Part shown: piece by piece, positions 29,640 to 39,723 of the stretch | Numbering within the stretch: position 1 is the stretch's first letter | How the letters are laid out: the number at the start of each line of letters is the position of its first letter | From: a virus | Lineage: Duplodnaviria > Caudoviricetes | Strand: one strand, 5' to 3' | Virus record (IMG/VR): IMGVR_UViG_3300028176_000004 | Span: 411-64,410 of that record | DNA: 64,000 nt | The notes under the pieces: generated by a model | Told to the model about the DNA's origin: nothing | The model's input: only the letters and a program-made list of their open reading frames with translations | Database searches by the model: none | Translations under genes and position numbers: made by a program

Positions 29640-30092
29640 TTATGCTGTAGGCACATCACTCCAATCAGGGCCGGTTTCTTCACTGGAATCATTCTGATTG
29701 CTTGGGATGATTTCAATGTCAGCTGTCGGTTGTGTTCCTTCTTCCAGGCTTCCAGGTTTGAAAGAATTCAACCAACCCCAGAACGCAACTGAAGAACCAT
29801 CTGGGAAATTGACTGTGATGAGCTGATTAACATTCAACATGGTCAAAATCTCATCATACAAACTTGACTCATAAGTCACAGTCAAACTCATCGTTGAAAT
29901 GGTTAGCAGTGTCTTGGGCTTCTTGGTGCGATACAATGTGTTACGTAGTGTCGTTGTATCGATTTCACCCCCACCGTCTAAACCAGGCGGTGTTATAGAT
30001 TTCTCTTTGAACGTTATCCCAGGGCCACCGCCAGTGGGAGCATTCGCAAGGATTATCGTTGCGCCTTGGCCGTCTTCAATAATTTCACTCAT
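29640..30092 (-). CDS. Major tail tube protein
   Basis: EIDTTTL...TKKPKTL...FPDGSSVAFWGWL pattern; position in the tail operon. Confidence 0.8.
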   Translation of the reverse strand: MSEIIEDGQGATIILANAPTGGGPGITFKEKSITPPGLDGGGEIDTTTLRNTLYRTKKPKTLLTISTMSLTVTYESSLYDEILTMLNVNQLITVNFPDGSSVAFWGWLNSFKPGSLEEGTQPTADIEIIPSNQNDSSEETGPDWSDVPTA

Positions 30093-30108
30093 CTGAAATT
30101 CCTTTCAA

Positions 30109-30600
30109 TTATACTGTTATCATTTTCAAACTCACCGTCATACTGGCGGTAAACAAAAAACGCCGTTGTTCATCTTGTCCGATATATAAAATATTGGATA
30201 CCCGTGTTATATTATATATCTTATAACTTCTATCAGAAATTACTACTGTTTTATATTTTATTTCATCCAAATTCGCACAAATGTCTATAATTTTCTGCCA
30301 GCCATCCTGATAATCCTCACTGCGGACTTTTATTTGCACCCCAGGTTTTTCCAAAACACCGCCACGTGAAAGGTGTCCGGACAAATTACCACCCACATCA
30401 TATACCACACCGCAGGTTTCACTTTGTTCCGTATCAGGCATAAAACTAATGAATAAAGGCCATGCAGCCTCATCGTCAGGAACGCTCATCACGCCCAAAA
30501 CCTCGCACAAATAATACGCCAAAATGGATGCTGGGGATTGAACGCCTTCCACCCACCATAATCGATTTACTGGATGTGCTGTGATTGTAATTACACTCAT
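30109..30600 (-). CDS. Tail terminator-like protein
   Basis: PGVQIKVRSEDY...YIGQDEQRRFLFTASM; just upstream of the major tail gene. Confidence 0.7.
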   Translation of the reverse strand: MSVITITAHPVNRLWWVEGVQSPASILAYYLCEVLGVMSVPDDEAAWPLFISFMPDTEQSETCGVVYDVGGNLSGHLSRGGVLEKPGVQIKVRSEDYQDGWQKIIDICANLDEIKYKTVVISDRSYKIYNITRVSNILYIGQDEQRRFLFTASMTVSLKMITV

Positions 30601-31334
30601 ACTTCTACCACCTCAAACTCTAAAGGATTATCAAAGTTGTATCCGGCCTTCGCCGCAAACAGGTAGTATGTGCCAGGCGTGAGATAACACACCAAGGTGC
30701 CAAAGTTATCGCTCACCCCTGATATAATAACATTCCCACCAACATCAGTTAAAGACACCCATACTGAAGCATTCGCCACCGGTTGGTCTGATGTGTCCTG
30801 GATATTGATTTCTTGCCGAATTGCACCGGCCTCAGGAGTGAATACCGCTTTCCAATCATCTTTGTTGGTGTAAGAATCTAAGGCTGTATGAATATCGGAT
30901 TGTGACAAGTCATTCAAAGCGGTGATGTCTGATACTGCCGCTGGGTCGGCTGGTAAATTATCAGTCTGGGCTTTTATGGCGTCAACTATACCGTCCACCA
31001 CGCCCACATTAGTATGTATTTCATCAACATTCGCGTCCATACTTATTATGAGAGCATTCGCAGTAATAATATCATCCACAGCATCCACATTCACTTCTGG
31101 TATGTATTCGCCGCCACCCACAATAGTATCCACCGTGGTTTCATCGTGAACTATTACCCTATCACCAGCAGCCAATCCGGTGATAACACCCGCATTAGAA
31201 TACAAACCGCTTCCAGCAGGTTCTTCAGTTAAAGTTACCGCAGCCCCACGCAACGTCCATGTACCCGCATTACTGTAATAGACGTATGCTTTGAGAACTT
31301 TACCGGTAACATATGATGCTGAAATTTCTTTCAT
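30597..31334 (-). CDS. Putative virion structural protein with a C-terminal Ig/carboxypeptidase-regulatory-like segment
   Basis: PVANASVWV...LTPGTYYLFAAKAGYNF; lies in the structural operon. Confidence 0.5.
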   Translation of the reverse strand: MKEISASYVTGKVLKAYVYYSNAGTWTLRGAAVTLTEEPAGSGLYSNAGVITGLAAGDRVIVHDETTVDTIVGGGEYIPEVNVDAVDDIITANALIISMDANVDEIHTNVGVVDGIVDAIKAQTDNLPADPAAVSDITALNDLSQSDIHTALDSYTNKDDWKAVFTPEAGAIRQEINIQDTSDQPVANASVWVSLTDVGGNVIISGVSDNFGTLVCYLTPGTYYLFAAKAGYNFDNPLEFEVVEV

Positions 31335-31336
31335 TG

Positions 31337-31531
31337 CTATTCACCTTTATTCTTGATTGATGCTTGCTGTCTGAGTTGGATTTCTCGCATTATGGCTTGC
31401 TTGTTGTTGGTTAAAACTTCCAAGTCAAATACTGTCCTTCCATGAATCTCAAATAATTCAGCTTCAGTACAATCTTTTAATTCCTTCAATTCTTTTTTGT
31501 CAGCCATCTTCGTGTCCTTTATATTTTTCAA
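31337..31531 (-). CDS. Hypothetical small coiled-coil protein
   Basis: ORF with SD AAGGA before MADKK. Confidence 0.55.
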   Translation of the reverse strand: MKNIKDTKMADKKELKELKDCTEAELFEIHGRTVFDLEVLTNNKQAIMREIQLRQQASIKNKGE

Positions 31532-31544
31532 TTTGTAGTAATTT

Positions 31545-31946
31545 TTATATCATTTCTTGCGGCGGAACCTCACCCGAATCCAACCATAATTCACCCGTAG
31601 GTATATCAACAACCGGTGGGGCCTTAATTTCACCAACTGTTACCGTACCATCTTTATTGATAACATAATCATTGGGTGGTGTTAGTGGGGTGTAGCTATT
31701 ATCAATCTGGTATAGCAGCGTTTGTATAGACTGTGAGAATACAAACAGCTCAAATGCTTCTGCACCAAAACGGTCTAATACGGCTTGCGCTGATAATCCG
31801 TCTGAGTTATTCCATATCAAGTTGAAGATGTAGGTGTGCTTATCTTTAATCTGATTAAAAAGATTAGCATTCACCTTACGAATCACTGACTCAGCTTTCT
31901 CTAACTTGAGAGCTTCAGTTGGCTCTATTTTATCCATTATACTCAT
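31545..31946 (-). CDS. Hypothetical virion protein
   Basis: 133-aa ORF in the structural operon. Confidence 0.6.
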   Translation of the reverse strand: MSIMDKIEPTEALKLEKAESVIRKVNANLFNQIKDKHTYIFNLIWNNSDGLSAQAVLDRFGAEAFELFVFSQSIQTLLYQIDNSYTPLTPPNDYVINKDGTVTVGEIKAPPVVDIPTGELWLDSGEVPPQEMI

Positions 31947-31957
31947 TTGATTTTATC

Positions 31958-32119
31958 CTACACTAAGGTTGATATTAATGCACCCGTGTCATCCACGGTT
32001 ATTTTATACTGTTTCGTGCCATCTGGCGTAGTAAGGATGATACCCTTGCCCACAACGAAAACAACATCGCCGGTCGTATCGGTATCACCGTATATTGTTG
32101 GTTCTACTAAGCTACTCAT
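31958..32119 (-). CDS. Small fibre-like structural peptide (53 aa)
   Basis: MSSLVEPTIYGDTDTTGDVVFVVGKGIILTTPDGTKQYKITVDDTGALISTLV; coupled to the upstream stop. Confidence 0.6.
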   Translation of the reverse strand: MSSLVEPTIYGDTDTTGDVVFVVGKGIILTTPDGTKQYKITVDDTGALISTLV

Positions 32120-32799
32120 TGCTTAAAACTCCTTGCTAAAAGCTTAATTTCCTTATCTGATAAAGCACGGTTGTAGATGCGGACATCGTCCATGATGCCT
32201 GAAAACTGACCTACATTTGTATACAGACTACCCAAAGACAAATTTCCAGAATTACTAACACTCCCTTCATTGTATGAATACTCTCCGTCGCCTATTCCAT
32301 TTAAGTAAATGTATACACGCCCAGTGACCTTATTAACAATAAAACCTGCATGATACCACTTGTTGTTTTGTAATGGCGTAATTGAACTCACGCTCCTACC
32401 ACTATCAACAGCGTCACCTATTTGAATGTTAAACACGTTACCACGAACATCCATACGGTAACCCTGCCACCCATTTCTTTTGTGTATAAAACACCATCTA
32501 TCATCTGTAAGATTGTGACCTACTATATACAACCAAGTGAAAAAACTAAAACTATTTTCACCAAAATTAAGACTTTCATTGTTCCCGCAACCAACAGCAT
32601 CGCTTGTACCATTAAAGTTCAATCCCTTGCCACCGTCTGGAATAGCATCAACATATAACGGTGTGCCGCTATGAACGCCATCGTTACCGTTACCGGAAAC
32701 ATCCTTCAGATGCCCGTTCATCGTCCACCACGCAACCAGCCCATCAGTCGGGCCGGTGTCATTGATAGATGCTATAATCTTGTTATTGCTTATAATCAT
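32116..32799 (-). CDS. LamG/ConA-like domain protein
   Basis: GLVAWWTMNG...KWYHAGFI...GIMDDVRIYNRALS. Confidence 0.88.
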   Translation of the reverse strand: MIISNNKIIASINDTGPTDGLVAWWTMNGHLKDVSGNGNDGVHSGTPLYVDAIPDGGKGLNFNGTSDAVGCGNNESLNFGENSFSFFTWLYIVGHNLTDDRWCFIHKRNGWQGYRMDVRGNVFNIQIGDAVDSGRSVSSITPLQNNKWYHAGFIVNKVTGRVYIYLNGIGDGEYSYNEGSVSNSGNLSLGSLYTNVGQFSGIMDDVRIYNRALSDKEIKLLARSFKQ

Positions 32800-34193
32800 G
32801 GCTTGGTGCTTTCGTATATTTGTGTGCTTTCAGCTTGAGATAAAGCACGGTTGTATATTCTTACGTCATCGATTAAACCACCAAGCATTTGTGTTTGTCC
32901 CGCTATCGTTGGTGGTGTCATATTTGGATTTCGTGCTATTGATAATTTATTGTAACCTGTGCTTGGATTAAAATATAGTCCAGTAGGTGTTGTTGTATCT
33001 TGTAAAACACCGTCCACATATATAAATTGGGCTCCATTTTTAGCAACAGCGGTTACTTGATGCCAAGTATTTTTTGAATGATATAAAGTTGTTATTTGGG
33101 TGACATTATAATTATTAAAAATTAATCTAAATGGAGAATCTGCGTACCCTGATGCATAAGCAATTAGATGGAATCTTGATGCTGTTGATGAATTACTGAT
33201 AATCGGTTGATAGTAATTTACATCCTTAGAAATATTCACCCAGCAGCATACTGAAATATCTCCATTTGCTTCAATACTATCTATTGCTGGAAAATCAACA
33301 TAGTCATCCACACCATCAAACGACATACACTTATTCTTCACGCCAGCACTATACACGGGTGAACCATAAGCAACGCCGTCATTACCGCCAATACTGTCTT
33401 TGGTGTTGCCGTTCAGTTCGTAATAAGCAACAAGACCATCCGTTACAACCTCATCGAACTCCGGTGCTATGACCTCAGATTGAGATGTGAACTTGGGTAG
33501 TTGTGTACGATACAACGTATCGACCTCTGTGGGTGTGAGGGCACGATTGTAAAGGCGTACTTCATCGATTGAGCCTGATATATAGATACCAACTCTGCGA
33601 CCAATATTAAGGGGTGATACGGAATCAAAAATACCTGTAACTATATTTGCAGATGAAAATAGCACACCATCAATGTATAATTTTTCATTAGATGTCCTAT
33701 CAAAAACCAAAACCAAATGGTGCCAAGCCCCATCATTTATTTGCGTGAATCCGCCTGAAAAATAGCGATAAGCGCCCACTATACTTTCATCTATTGTTAA
33801 AAACTCAATATAGTGGTTATCTCTCCTCGCATATAATGCCCACCCAGGAGTCCCACCTATTGCACCTTTAGATATTACAACCTGTTCATTATTACTACCA
33901 AGTATCTTAACCCACGTAGAAATTGAAAAACTATCATTTGCAAAATCTAACGAAGTATCATTCCCACAATTAACGTAATCATCCACCCCATCAAACTCAA
34001 CACAAGAACCTACTCTACCAGCTACATAATTAGGAGTGCCACCGAAAAAAGTACCATCATTACCATTACCAGATGTATCAAGTAAATTACCATCCAGTTT
34101 CCATTCGCCAACTAATCCATCTCGAACATCTTGGTATTCAGTGAACTTGAGGGCGTGGATTGTAGCATCCTTTGTTACCATTACATTCGCCAT
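32796..34193 (-). CDS. Double LamG-domain protein
   Basis: Two GLV.(W/Y).L.G...IDEVRLYNRAL units. Confidence 0.88.
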   Translation of the reverse strand: MANVMVTKDATIHALKFTEYQDVRDGLVGEWKLDGNLLDTSGNGNDGTFFGGTPNYVAGRVGSCVEFDGVDDYVNCGNDTSLDFANDSFSISTWVKILGSNNEQVVISKGAIGGTPGWALYARRDNHYIEFLTIDESIVGAYRYFSGGFTQINDGAWHHLVLVFDRTSNEKLYIDGVLFSSANIVTGIFDSVSPLNIGRRVGIYISGSIDEVRLYNRALTPTEVDTLYRTQLPKFTSQSEVIAPEFDEVVTDGLVAYYELNGNTKDSIGGNDGVAYGSPVYSAGVKNKCMSFDGVDDYVDFPAIDSIEANGDISVCCWVNISKDVNYYQPIISNSSTASRFHLIAYASGYADSPFRLIFNNYNVTQITTLYHSKNTWHQVTAVAKNGAQFIYVDGVLQDTTTPTGLYFNPSTGYNKLSIARNPNMTPPTIAGQTQMLGGLIDDVRIYNRALSQAESTQIYESTKP

Positions 34194-35125
34194 TACGCCG
34201 CTCCAATCACATTGAATTCGATTGCTTCTGATGTGGAATCATAGGTGATGGTTGCGTTATCGCCTAACTTAAAACCAGATGCTGGTTCGGCTTCAATACT
34301 TTCATAGGATTTAATTGTACCGTAATTAAACTGATTAACGGTCCAGTCAGGAGTTCCAACCGTCATGCTATTACTACCTAATATCAATACATCGAACATA
34401 CCCGCAAACTGAGTGAATAACAGTTCAGTAATGTATGATACGGTTTGACCCAAGACATTAGTTTTAATATCAAGATAACCGCTTCCCAAATATAAATTAG
34501 CAGAACCATGAATATTTCCAGTAACGTCTAATGGGTGGAGTGGATTGGAGTTTTTAATACCCACATATCCATTAATAGCTAAACTCAATTGATACAAGGT
34601 TGCACTTTCTGGTGTAGCATTAGCTGATAAGTATAGTGGTTTTGGGCCACCCGCACCAGAATATATAACCCCAGCCTGATAATAACCAAGTGAATTCCAC
34701 CCAATGGCCAGTCTATGACGATTGAGTTGATTTGTTGGTGTTCCTAATCCATATATCTCAAGGGTGTTGTGGTCGCCCTCATCACCATTTAAAGTGAAAA
34801 AGCGAAATTTACTTTGAGTATCAGCTATTTGCTGTTGTAATCCCAAGATATTATAATCACCTGTGGCGTAACCTTGACTCCATACAAATTTATAATTGGC
34901 GGATGTACCTACAAATTTATCCATCAAATTCGCTGATAAAATATTTATGTTACCGGAACTCAATTCATAAGTTCCCAAATCCACATTACCACTCGCACCT
35001 GAATACGGCACATAATTTGCAATGTCCGATATTTGTGACGCCGGAATACTAATTTCACTTTGCGTAAAGTGTTGTCCTGCTTGGTAGCCAGCTATGTGGT
35101 CGTGATGTATTATAGGTATCAGCAT
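34193..35125 (-). CDS. Tail fibre/spike-like protein
   Basis: YVPYSGASGNVDLG and GYVGIKNSNPLHPLDVTGNI fibre-type motifs. Confidence 0.55.
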   Translation of the reverse strand: MLIPIIHHDHIAGYQAGQHFTQSEISIPASQISDIANYVPYSGASGNVDLGTYELSSGNINILSANLMDKFVGTSANYKFVWSQGYATGDYNILGLQQQIADTQSKFRFFTLNGDEGDHNTLEIYGLGTPTNQLNRHRLAIGWNSLGYYQAGVIYSGAGGPKPLYLSANATPESATLYQLSLAINGYVGIKNSNPLHPLDVTGNIHGSANLYLGSGYLDIKTNVLGQTVSYITELLFTQFAGMFDVLILGSNSMTVGTPDWTVNQFNYGTIKSYESIEAEPASGFKLGDNATITYDSTSEAIEFNVIGAA

Positions 35126-35562
35126 TATAAACTGTCCTTTATGATTTCCAAGATTTCGGCTTGTTTCCTTTTCACCGGAACTTCCAGAAATTTATACTGT
35201 TGATTTTCACCTCGTTGGAAGTTTCCACTTTTCACCGTAGTCACCCTTGCGTGTGCTAATCGCTCTTTGTGTTTCATATTATACACCTCACCGTGCGTAG
35301 CAAACGGATTTTCGTGAACGTATATAGCATATGCCGCCGTATAGCCAACAAAGACTGTTGTCTTGAATCCTTTTCCCTTCGCCCTGGTATATGCGCTGGC
35401 CTTTAGAACGCCCAGCTGTACGGGCACAATATCGGTGCTCTCGTTCTGAATGAATAATCCGGCACGCTTCAATCCACGCTCAAACGCCGCCGCTTGAGAT
35501 GCTATAGCCCGCTTCATATTCCTTCTTACATCTTCCACACCTTGTATACTTACGATTTTCAT
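35125..35562 (-). CDS. HK97 gp10-like tail completion protein
   Basis: IVPVQLGVLKASA, VGYTAAYAIYVHE, YKFLE. Confidence 0.75.
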   Translation of the reverse strand: MKIVSIQGVEDVRRNMKRAIASQAAAFERGLKRAGLFIQNESTDIVPVQLGVLKASAYTRAKGKGFKTTVFVGYTAAYAIYVHENPFATHGEVYNMKHKERLAHARVTTVKSGNFQRGENQQYKFLEVPVKRKQAEILEIIKDSL

Positions 35563-35903
35563 AAATATGCAACCCTCAAAAACTTTGTAGCTTTGATATT
35601 CGGAATCTTATCAAACCGCATAATCTCACCAGCACCCTCATTCAACGTTGGATTGTCCGCATCCGTCAAAGTCACCACCGTTCCCAACCATAAGAATCCG
35701 CCCACTGTTAAATCTACGCCGGAATACACTTTGGATGAACTGGTTGCTTGTTCTCCATTCACCGTCACATACAACTCATTAGTATCTTCCCATCGCACGC
35801 TTATATCTACCGCAGCCCCAAACTTTCTCTTACCGTAGGAACCGGCCTGAAGTGGGGGCCAATAGACGGCTGATTGTTTTAACATTTTGGTGTAGATACT
35901 CAT
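35559..35903 (-). CDS. Head closure protein
   Basis: AVYWPP...GKRKFGAAVDISVRWED; neck position. Confidence 0.65.
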   Translation of the reverse strand: MSIYTKMLKQSAVYWPPLQAGSYGKRKFGAAVDISVRWEDTNELYVTVNGEQATSSSKVYSGVDLTVGGFLWLGTVVTLTDADNPTLNEGAGEIMRFDKIPNIKATKFLRVAYL

Positions 35904-35907
35904 TGGA

Positions 35908-36201
35908 TTATCCTTGACTAAAATACTGAATTAATAGTCGGTTTGTTTCGTCAATTTTAGTGCTTAAGGTATCATTCTTTTTTTCGATGCGGTTCATTGT
36001 CGCTTCGATATTATTTTTAGTGATATCACATGTCTCTTTGGTTACGATGCGAACGTGCTTATTTATATGAACGTCAGAATCATTGGTATGACTCACAAAT
36101 TTCCATAGCAATCCACCCACCGTACCCAAAAATCCCAAAATCAAAGTTACAAACACAGCTACAGCACCCCAACTCACGACAATTGTTATTCCAGTCATCA
36201 T
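35908..36201 (-). CDS. Membrane protein (holin-like candidate)
   Basis: N-terminal transmembrane helix followed by a coiled coil. Confidence 0.4.
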   Translation of the reverse strand: MMTGITIVVSWGAVAVFVTLILGFLGTVGGLLWKFVSHTNDSDVHINKHVRIVTKETCDITKNNIEATMNRIEKKNDTLSTKIDETNRLLIQYFSQG

Positions 36202-36224
36202 AGTTACCCTTCATCAATGTTTAA

Positions 36225-36599
36225 TTAATTTCCAATCCATGTGATACCAACCCGTGGTTTAATACCCTTTTTCATCTTTTGGTTCAATGAACTCAAGTTC
36301 CCACTGGTATCTAAGCGCATCGCCGTCTGACCATAAAAGGAACTATCAAAACCCAAATCAACTGCGTTTTGATAGTTCACACTTACGGGCCCTGCTTTTT
36401 CCGCCGCTAATCTTGGGTCAAAATTAGTATAGAAATGTGCGGCCAGATAACGCTCAATGCTTTCCAATCGGTCATCAGCATAATCATTATCTACACATAA
36501 TTCAGATACTAATTGATTGGCTATTGAAATGAAGGGTGATAAATCAAACCCCTCTTCAACTTCAATAATTAACCGAACTAAAATATCAGTGGTTCTCAC
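36225..36599 (-). CDS. Head-tail adaptor (DUF4054-like)
   Basis: IERYLAAHFY...AGPVSVNY...SSFYGQ. Confidence 0.75.
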   Translation of the reverse strand: MRTTDILVRLIIEVEEGFDLSPFISIANQLVSELCVDNDYADDRLESIERYLAAHFYTNFDPRLAAEKAGPVSVNYQNAVDLGFDSSFYGQTAMRLDTSGNLSSLNQKMKKGIKPRVGITWIGN

Positions 36600-36611
36600 G
36601 GCAGGCTCCCA

Positions 36612-37025
36612 TTAGATAGTTGTTTTGATAACAGCCACAATTTCTTTGGTTTTGTCACCCTGTTTATCGTTCAACGCCGTTTTCAATGGAATTTTGTCCG
36701 TCAATCCGTTCTTATAAACTTGGATGCCTCGTACAGTCTCAGTTGTAGCCACTTTGTATTCATTTTTCCGCTTGGTCTGCCACCAGGTGGAAACGGCCAA
36801 AATACCACTTCCCAGCATAGCAACTACCGTCTCAATATTATCCGGTATGAGTGCACTAATGATGGGATTTCTCATCATCACATCACCAGCTTCAGTCGTT
36901 TGTTGGGCAATTTCCGCCGCTCTGTCGGCCTGCACTTTCTGAGCCTCAGTGCATCCTACCAAAAGACCTATAGACAAAATCAAAACCATCAACATTAAAA
37001 ATATTCTTGGTCTAATCCATTTCAT
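36612..37025 (-). CDS. Lipoprotein with an internal transmembrane helix (lysis/spanin candidate)
   Basis: Lipobox LLVGC and a second hydrophobic helix. Confidence 0.45.
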   Translation of the reverse strand: MKWIRPRIFLMLMVLILSIGLLVGCTEAQKVQADRAAEIAQQTTEAGDVMMRNPIISALIPDNIETVVAMLGSGILAVSTWWQTKRKNEYKVATTETVRGIQVYKNGLTDKIPLKTALNDKQGDKTKEIVAVIKTTI

Positions 37026-37672
37026 AATAATCCCCTTTCAAATTCGCTGCGAGACATCGTCTCAAAGCATTTCAAATCGCTATCATCATTCACATTAATT
37101 ACTCGATGACCTGGAAATTTATTATCCAAATCTTTTTTCACAATTACAAAGTTTTTCATCATTCTATCATACACCGCCGAATTGGGCTTGTCTAATCCTA
37201 ACGCATGCCAGTTGCTCTGGCCGTTGGTAAGCTTCATATCAAACCCTAACATATACACGGTTGTAGCACCTAATATTAATGCTAAATTAAGTGCGCCGGC
37301 ACCCGTATTACCATTAAACCCAATCGCATCGTGATATAATCCCACCTGCCTACGTTGCATTGTCCTAACCCAGTTATATTTGGCGTTGACTATTTTGGCG
37401 TGAGTGGTGACCACTAACCCTTCGAATTCTTTTAATTGGTCGTGATAAGTTTCAAAAAACTTGAAATCACTAAAAAGACAAATCCTACAAACTTCAGGCC
37501 CTAATGTAAAAGCTGAATTACATCCAATCGTATTTTTACCGGCTAACAGGCCAAATGGAAAAGCTTCCAATGACCTGCCACCGCCGATAATATACGCTGT
37601 TTGACCTTGCCAGCAATTACTTGGAGTCCAATGAGCCATATTATTCCTCGTCAATGGAATCTTCGTCATCAT
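37022..37672 (-). CDS. DUF115/Maf/MptE-like (sialyltransferase-fold) putative glycosyltransferase
   Basis: YIIGGGRSL, IGCNSAF, FSD, NTGAGALNLALILGATTVYMLGFDM. Confidence 0.75.
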   Translation of the reverse strand: MMTKIPLTRNNMAHWTPSNCWQGQTAYIIGGGRSLEAFPFGLLAGKNTIGCNSAFTLGPEVCRICLFSDFKFFETYHDQLKEFEGLVVTTHAKIVNAKYNWVRTMQRRQVGLYHDAIGFNGNTGAGALNLALILGATTVYMLGFDMKLTNGQSNWHALGLDKPNSAVYDRMMKNFVIVKKDLDNKFPGHRVINVNDDSDLKCFETMSRSEFERGLL

Positions 37673-38054
37673 ACTCGGAAAGAAACGTTTTCATCTCAAT
37701 CTTTCCAAGCTTATCCGATATGGCTTCATCATCCTTAACAGCTACAAAGGAACCATCTTTCTGATAGACGGTAATGCCGGTGGAATTGTCTACACCAAAC
37801 TTCTCAGTCACATCCTTGCCCAAACTCTTACCAACCACCTTTTTACCGGCAACGGATTGTTTAGGTATGAATGGTATCTGGGGTGTGTTGCCAACTACCA
37901 ATTTACCAACGGGTGGTTGTGATACCGCTATGAACTTATTTGGAAATACTTTATCCAAATTCTTCAGGCTTGCTACGGTATCACCCTTGGTGTAACGCTT
38001 TCCATCACGGTCTTCATACATTCCGTTTGTAACTTTGAAAAATTTCATACTCAT
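37641..38054 (-). CDS. Hypothetical protein (post-capsid, packaging-chaperone position)
   Basis: ORF with SD AGGAG immediately after the capsid gene. Confidence 0.6.
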   Translation of the reverse strand: MSMKFFKVTNGMYEDRDGKRYTKGDTVASLKNLDKVFPNKFIAVSQPPVGKLVVGNTPQIPFIPKQSVAGKKVVGKSLGKDVTEKFGVDNSTGITVYQKDGSFVAVKDDEAISDKLGKIEMKTFLSEYDDEDSIDEE

Positions 38055-38109
38055 GTTTCTGTCTCCTGTTATAAAAATATTAATTCAAACGCTATCAATC
38101 AACGCCAGA

Positions 38110-39165
38110 TTATATAGAACCCTGAACCAGACCTGTGCGGCTGTTATAGTCGCAACGAATCTGTGGAACCAAAATAGCCATAACCTTGAAGTTGATTTGC
38201 ATACCGCCATTGCTTTCCCACTGTACGGTGGTGATATCCATGCCGTTCACCATACGGATAATATCCGAAGTCATCTGGACTAAACCAACTGAATAATCAG
38301 TCATATAATCCAGAGTGCTGACGCCATTGATACCTTCAATTTTCTTCAGGCGGTCTCTCAGGGTCACGCCTGGATATGCGCTGGAATAATCGGCATCCAA
38401 ATACTTATCCCACTTGCTGCTGTAATACAGAGAGTATGGGCCGTAATAGTAGGCATCTTGTGCCTGCTGACGCATCGCCAAAACTTCAGTCACGTGAATC
38501 AGTGGCGTCCAACCGGTGTCAGTTGGGTCGGTGAGTTCTTTTGTAAGGGCATCAGGATAATTTTCCATGCCGTAAATCGAACCGCCGCCAAAGCTATAAG
38601 TGTCTGCAACGCCGATAGCAAGCTTTTCAACTTCCTCAGCAACCTTACGGGCAGACAGTTCCGCCATCGAAGTATCCAGTGGGCTTCCACTGTTTCGGCT
38701 GGTAGCAATCTGCCTTGCGCTGAAACTGAAATCCTTGTGGATAATAGGAAGGGGCAAGTTCACAATATCAAACTGCGGCCTGTCGTTGGCACCCTGACGG
38801 ACACCATCCATGCTTATAGTCGCAGAATTGATATCGCTCATGGACTCACTCTGTAGCACGGTCTTTCCCATACCATTTGGTATAGTGTAGACCAGGCCCT
38901 GACTACGTAAATCATTGACGAACTTTAACCGTGAACGTGCTGCCTTTATAACAACAGAGTCCAGCTGAATCCACTCATCTTTACGCAATGTGGCGGCATT
39001 TTGGGTAGTGCGGTGAGCGGATGCTTCACCGTTTCTTACCACACTTATGTAGCTGTGCTGGTCTTTGCCAATCCACGGCCTCAAAACAGATACATCGCAA
39101 TTACTGGCGATAAGTCTTGAAGCCACAGAACCAGTAGCAGCACCATTAAGAATAAAATCATCCAT
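38110..39165 (-). CDS. Major capsid protein (HK97 fold, encapsulin/linocin-like)
   Basis: ATLRKDEWIQLDSVV, LPLPIIHKDFSFSAR, PLDTSMAELSARKVAEEVE; follows the protease and decoration genes. Confidence 0.88.
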   Translation of the reverse strand: MDDFILNGAATGSVASRLIASNCDVSVLRPWIGKDQHSYISVVRNGEASAHRTTQNAATLRKDEWIQLDSVVIKAARSRLKFVNDLRSQGLVYTIPNGMGKTVLQSESMSDINSATISMDGVRQGANDRPQFDIVNLPLPIIHKDFSFSARQIATSRNSGSPLDTSMAELSARKVAEEVEKLAIGVADTYSFGGGSIYGMENYPDALTKELTDPTDTGWTPLIHVTEVLAMRQQAQDAYYYGPYSLYYSSKWDKYLDADYSSAYPGVTLRDRLKKIEGINGVSTLDYMTDYSVGLVQMTSDIIRMVNGMDITTVQWESNGGMQINFKVMAILVPQIRCDYNSRTGLVQGSI

Positions 39166-39222
39166 TTTAGTAACCTTTCATATAAAATTCATCTAACTTT
39201 TTATCATTCAACGTTTTGCTGA

Positions 39223-39666
39223 TTATACAGCACGGGCAGCACACAGTGTATTCACTGCGCCGGTTCCGGTCAAGTCCAACGCTTCCGCAGCTATATACAG
39301 AACCACACCCGTTACAGTGCTGGTGGAAACGGCACTGGATACAATAAACGTTCCATCACCGCCCGATACCAGGGAATCACCAATGTCAACTTCCTGACCG
39401 GCCTGAATCAAAACATTCAACTCTGTACCCTTGTTGGGTATGAGAGTGGGAACCACCGCACCTGCTGCGTAGGCATCCGCTACAGTTTTGCCTTGAAGTG
39501 CATCTTCAGCCGCAATCATATTCTCAGCAAATTCGCCTTCTGAGGCATGAATCGCAACCTTACCCGTGGATGCTTGGTTTATAAGCATACCAGGATAAAT
39601 CGTGGCCGCTGCTGCCAAAAATTCCTCTTGGCGAACATCACCTTTTGAATGTATTCTTGTTTTCAT
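39223..39666 (-). CDS. Capsid decoration/cement protein
   Basis: E...AAATIYPGML...AEDALQGKTVADAY...LVSGGDGT; lies between protease and capsid. Confidence 0.7.
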   Translation of the reverse strand: MKTRIHSKGDVRQEEFLAAAATIYPGMLINQASTGKVAIHASEGEFAENMIAAEDALQGKTVADAYAAGAVVPTLIPNKGTELNVLIQAGQEVDIGDSLVSGGDGTFIVSSAVSTSTVTGVVLYIAAEALDLTGTGAVNTLCAARAV

Positions 39667-39723
39667 ATTTACTTTCCCTTCAATTATAAAAAATTTCAAT
39701 TAACCCAATAGTGTTTGGACACC

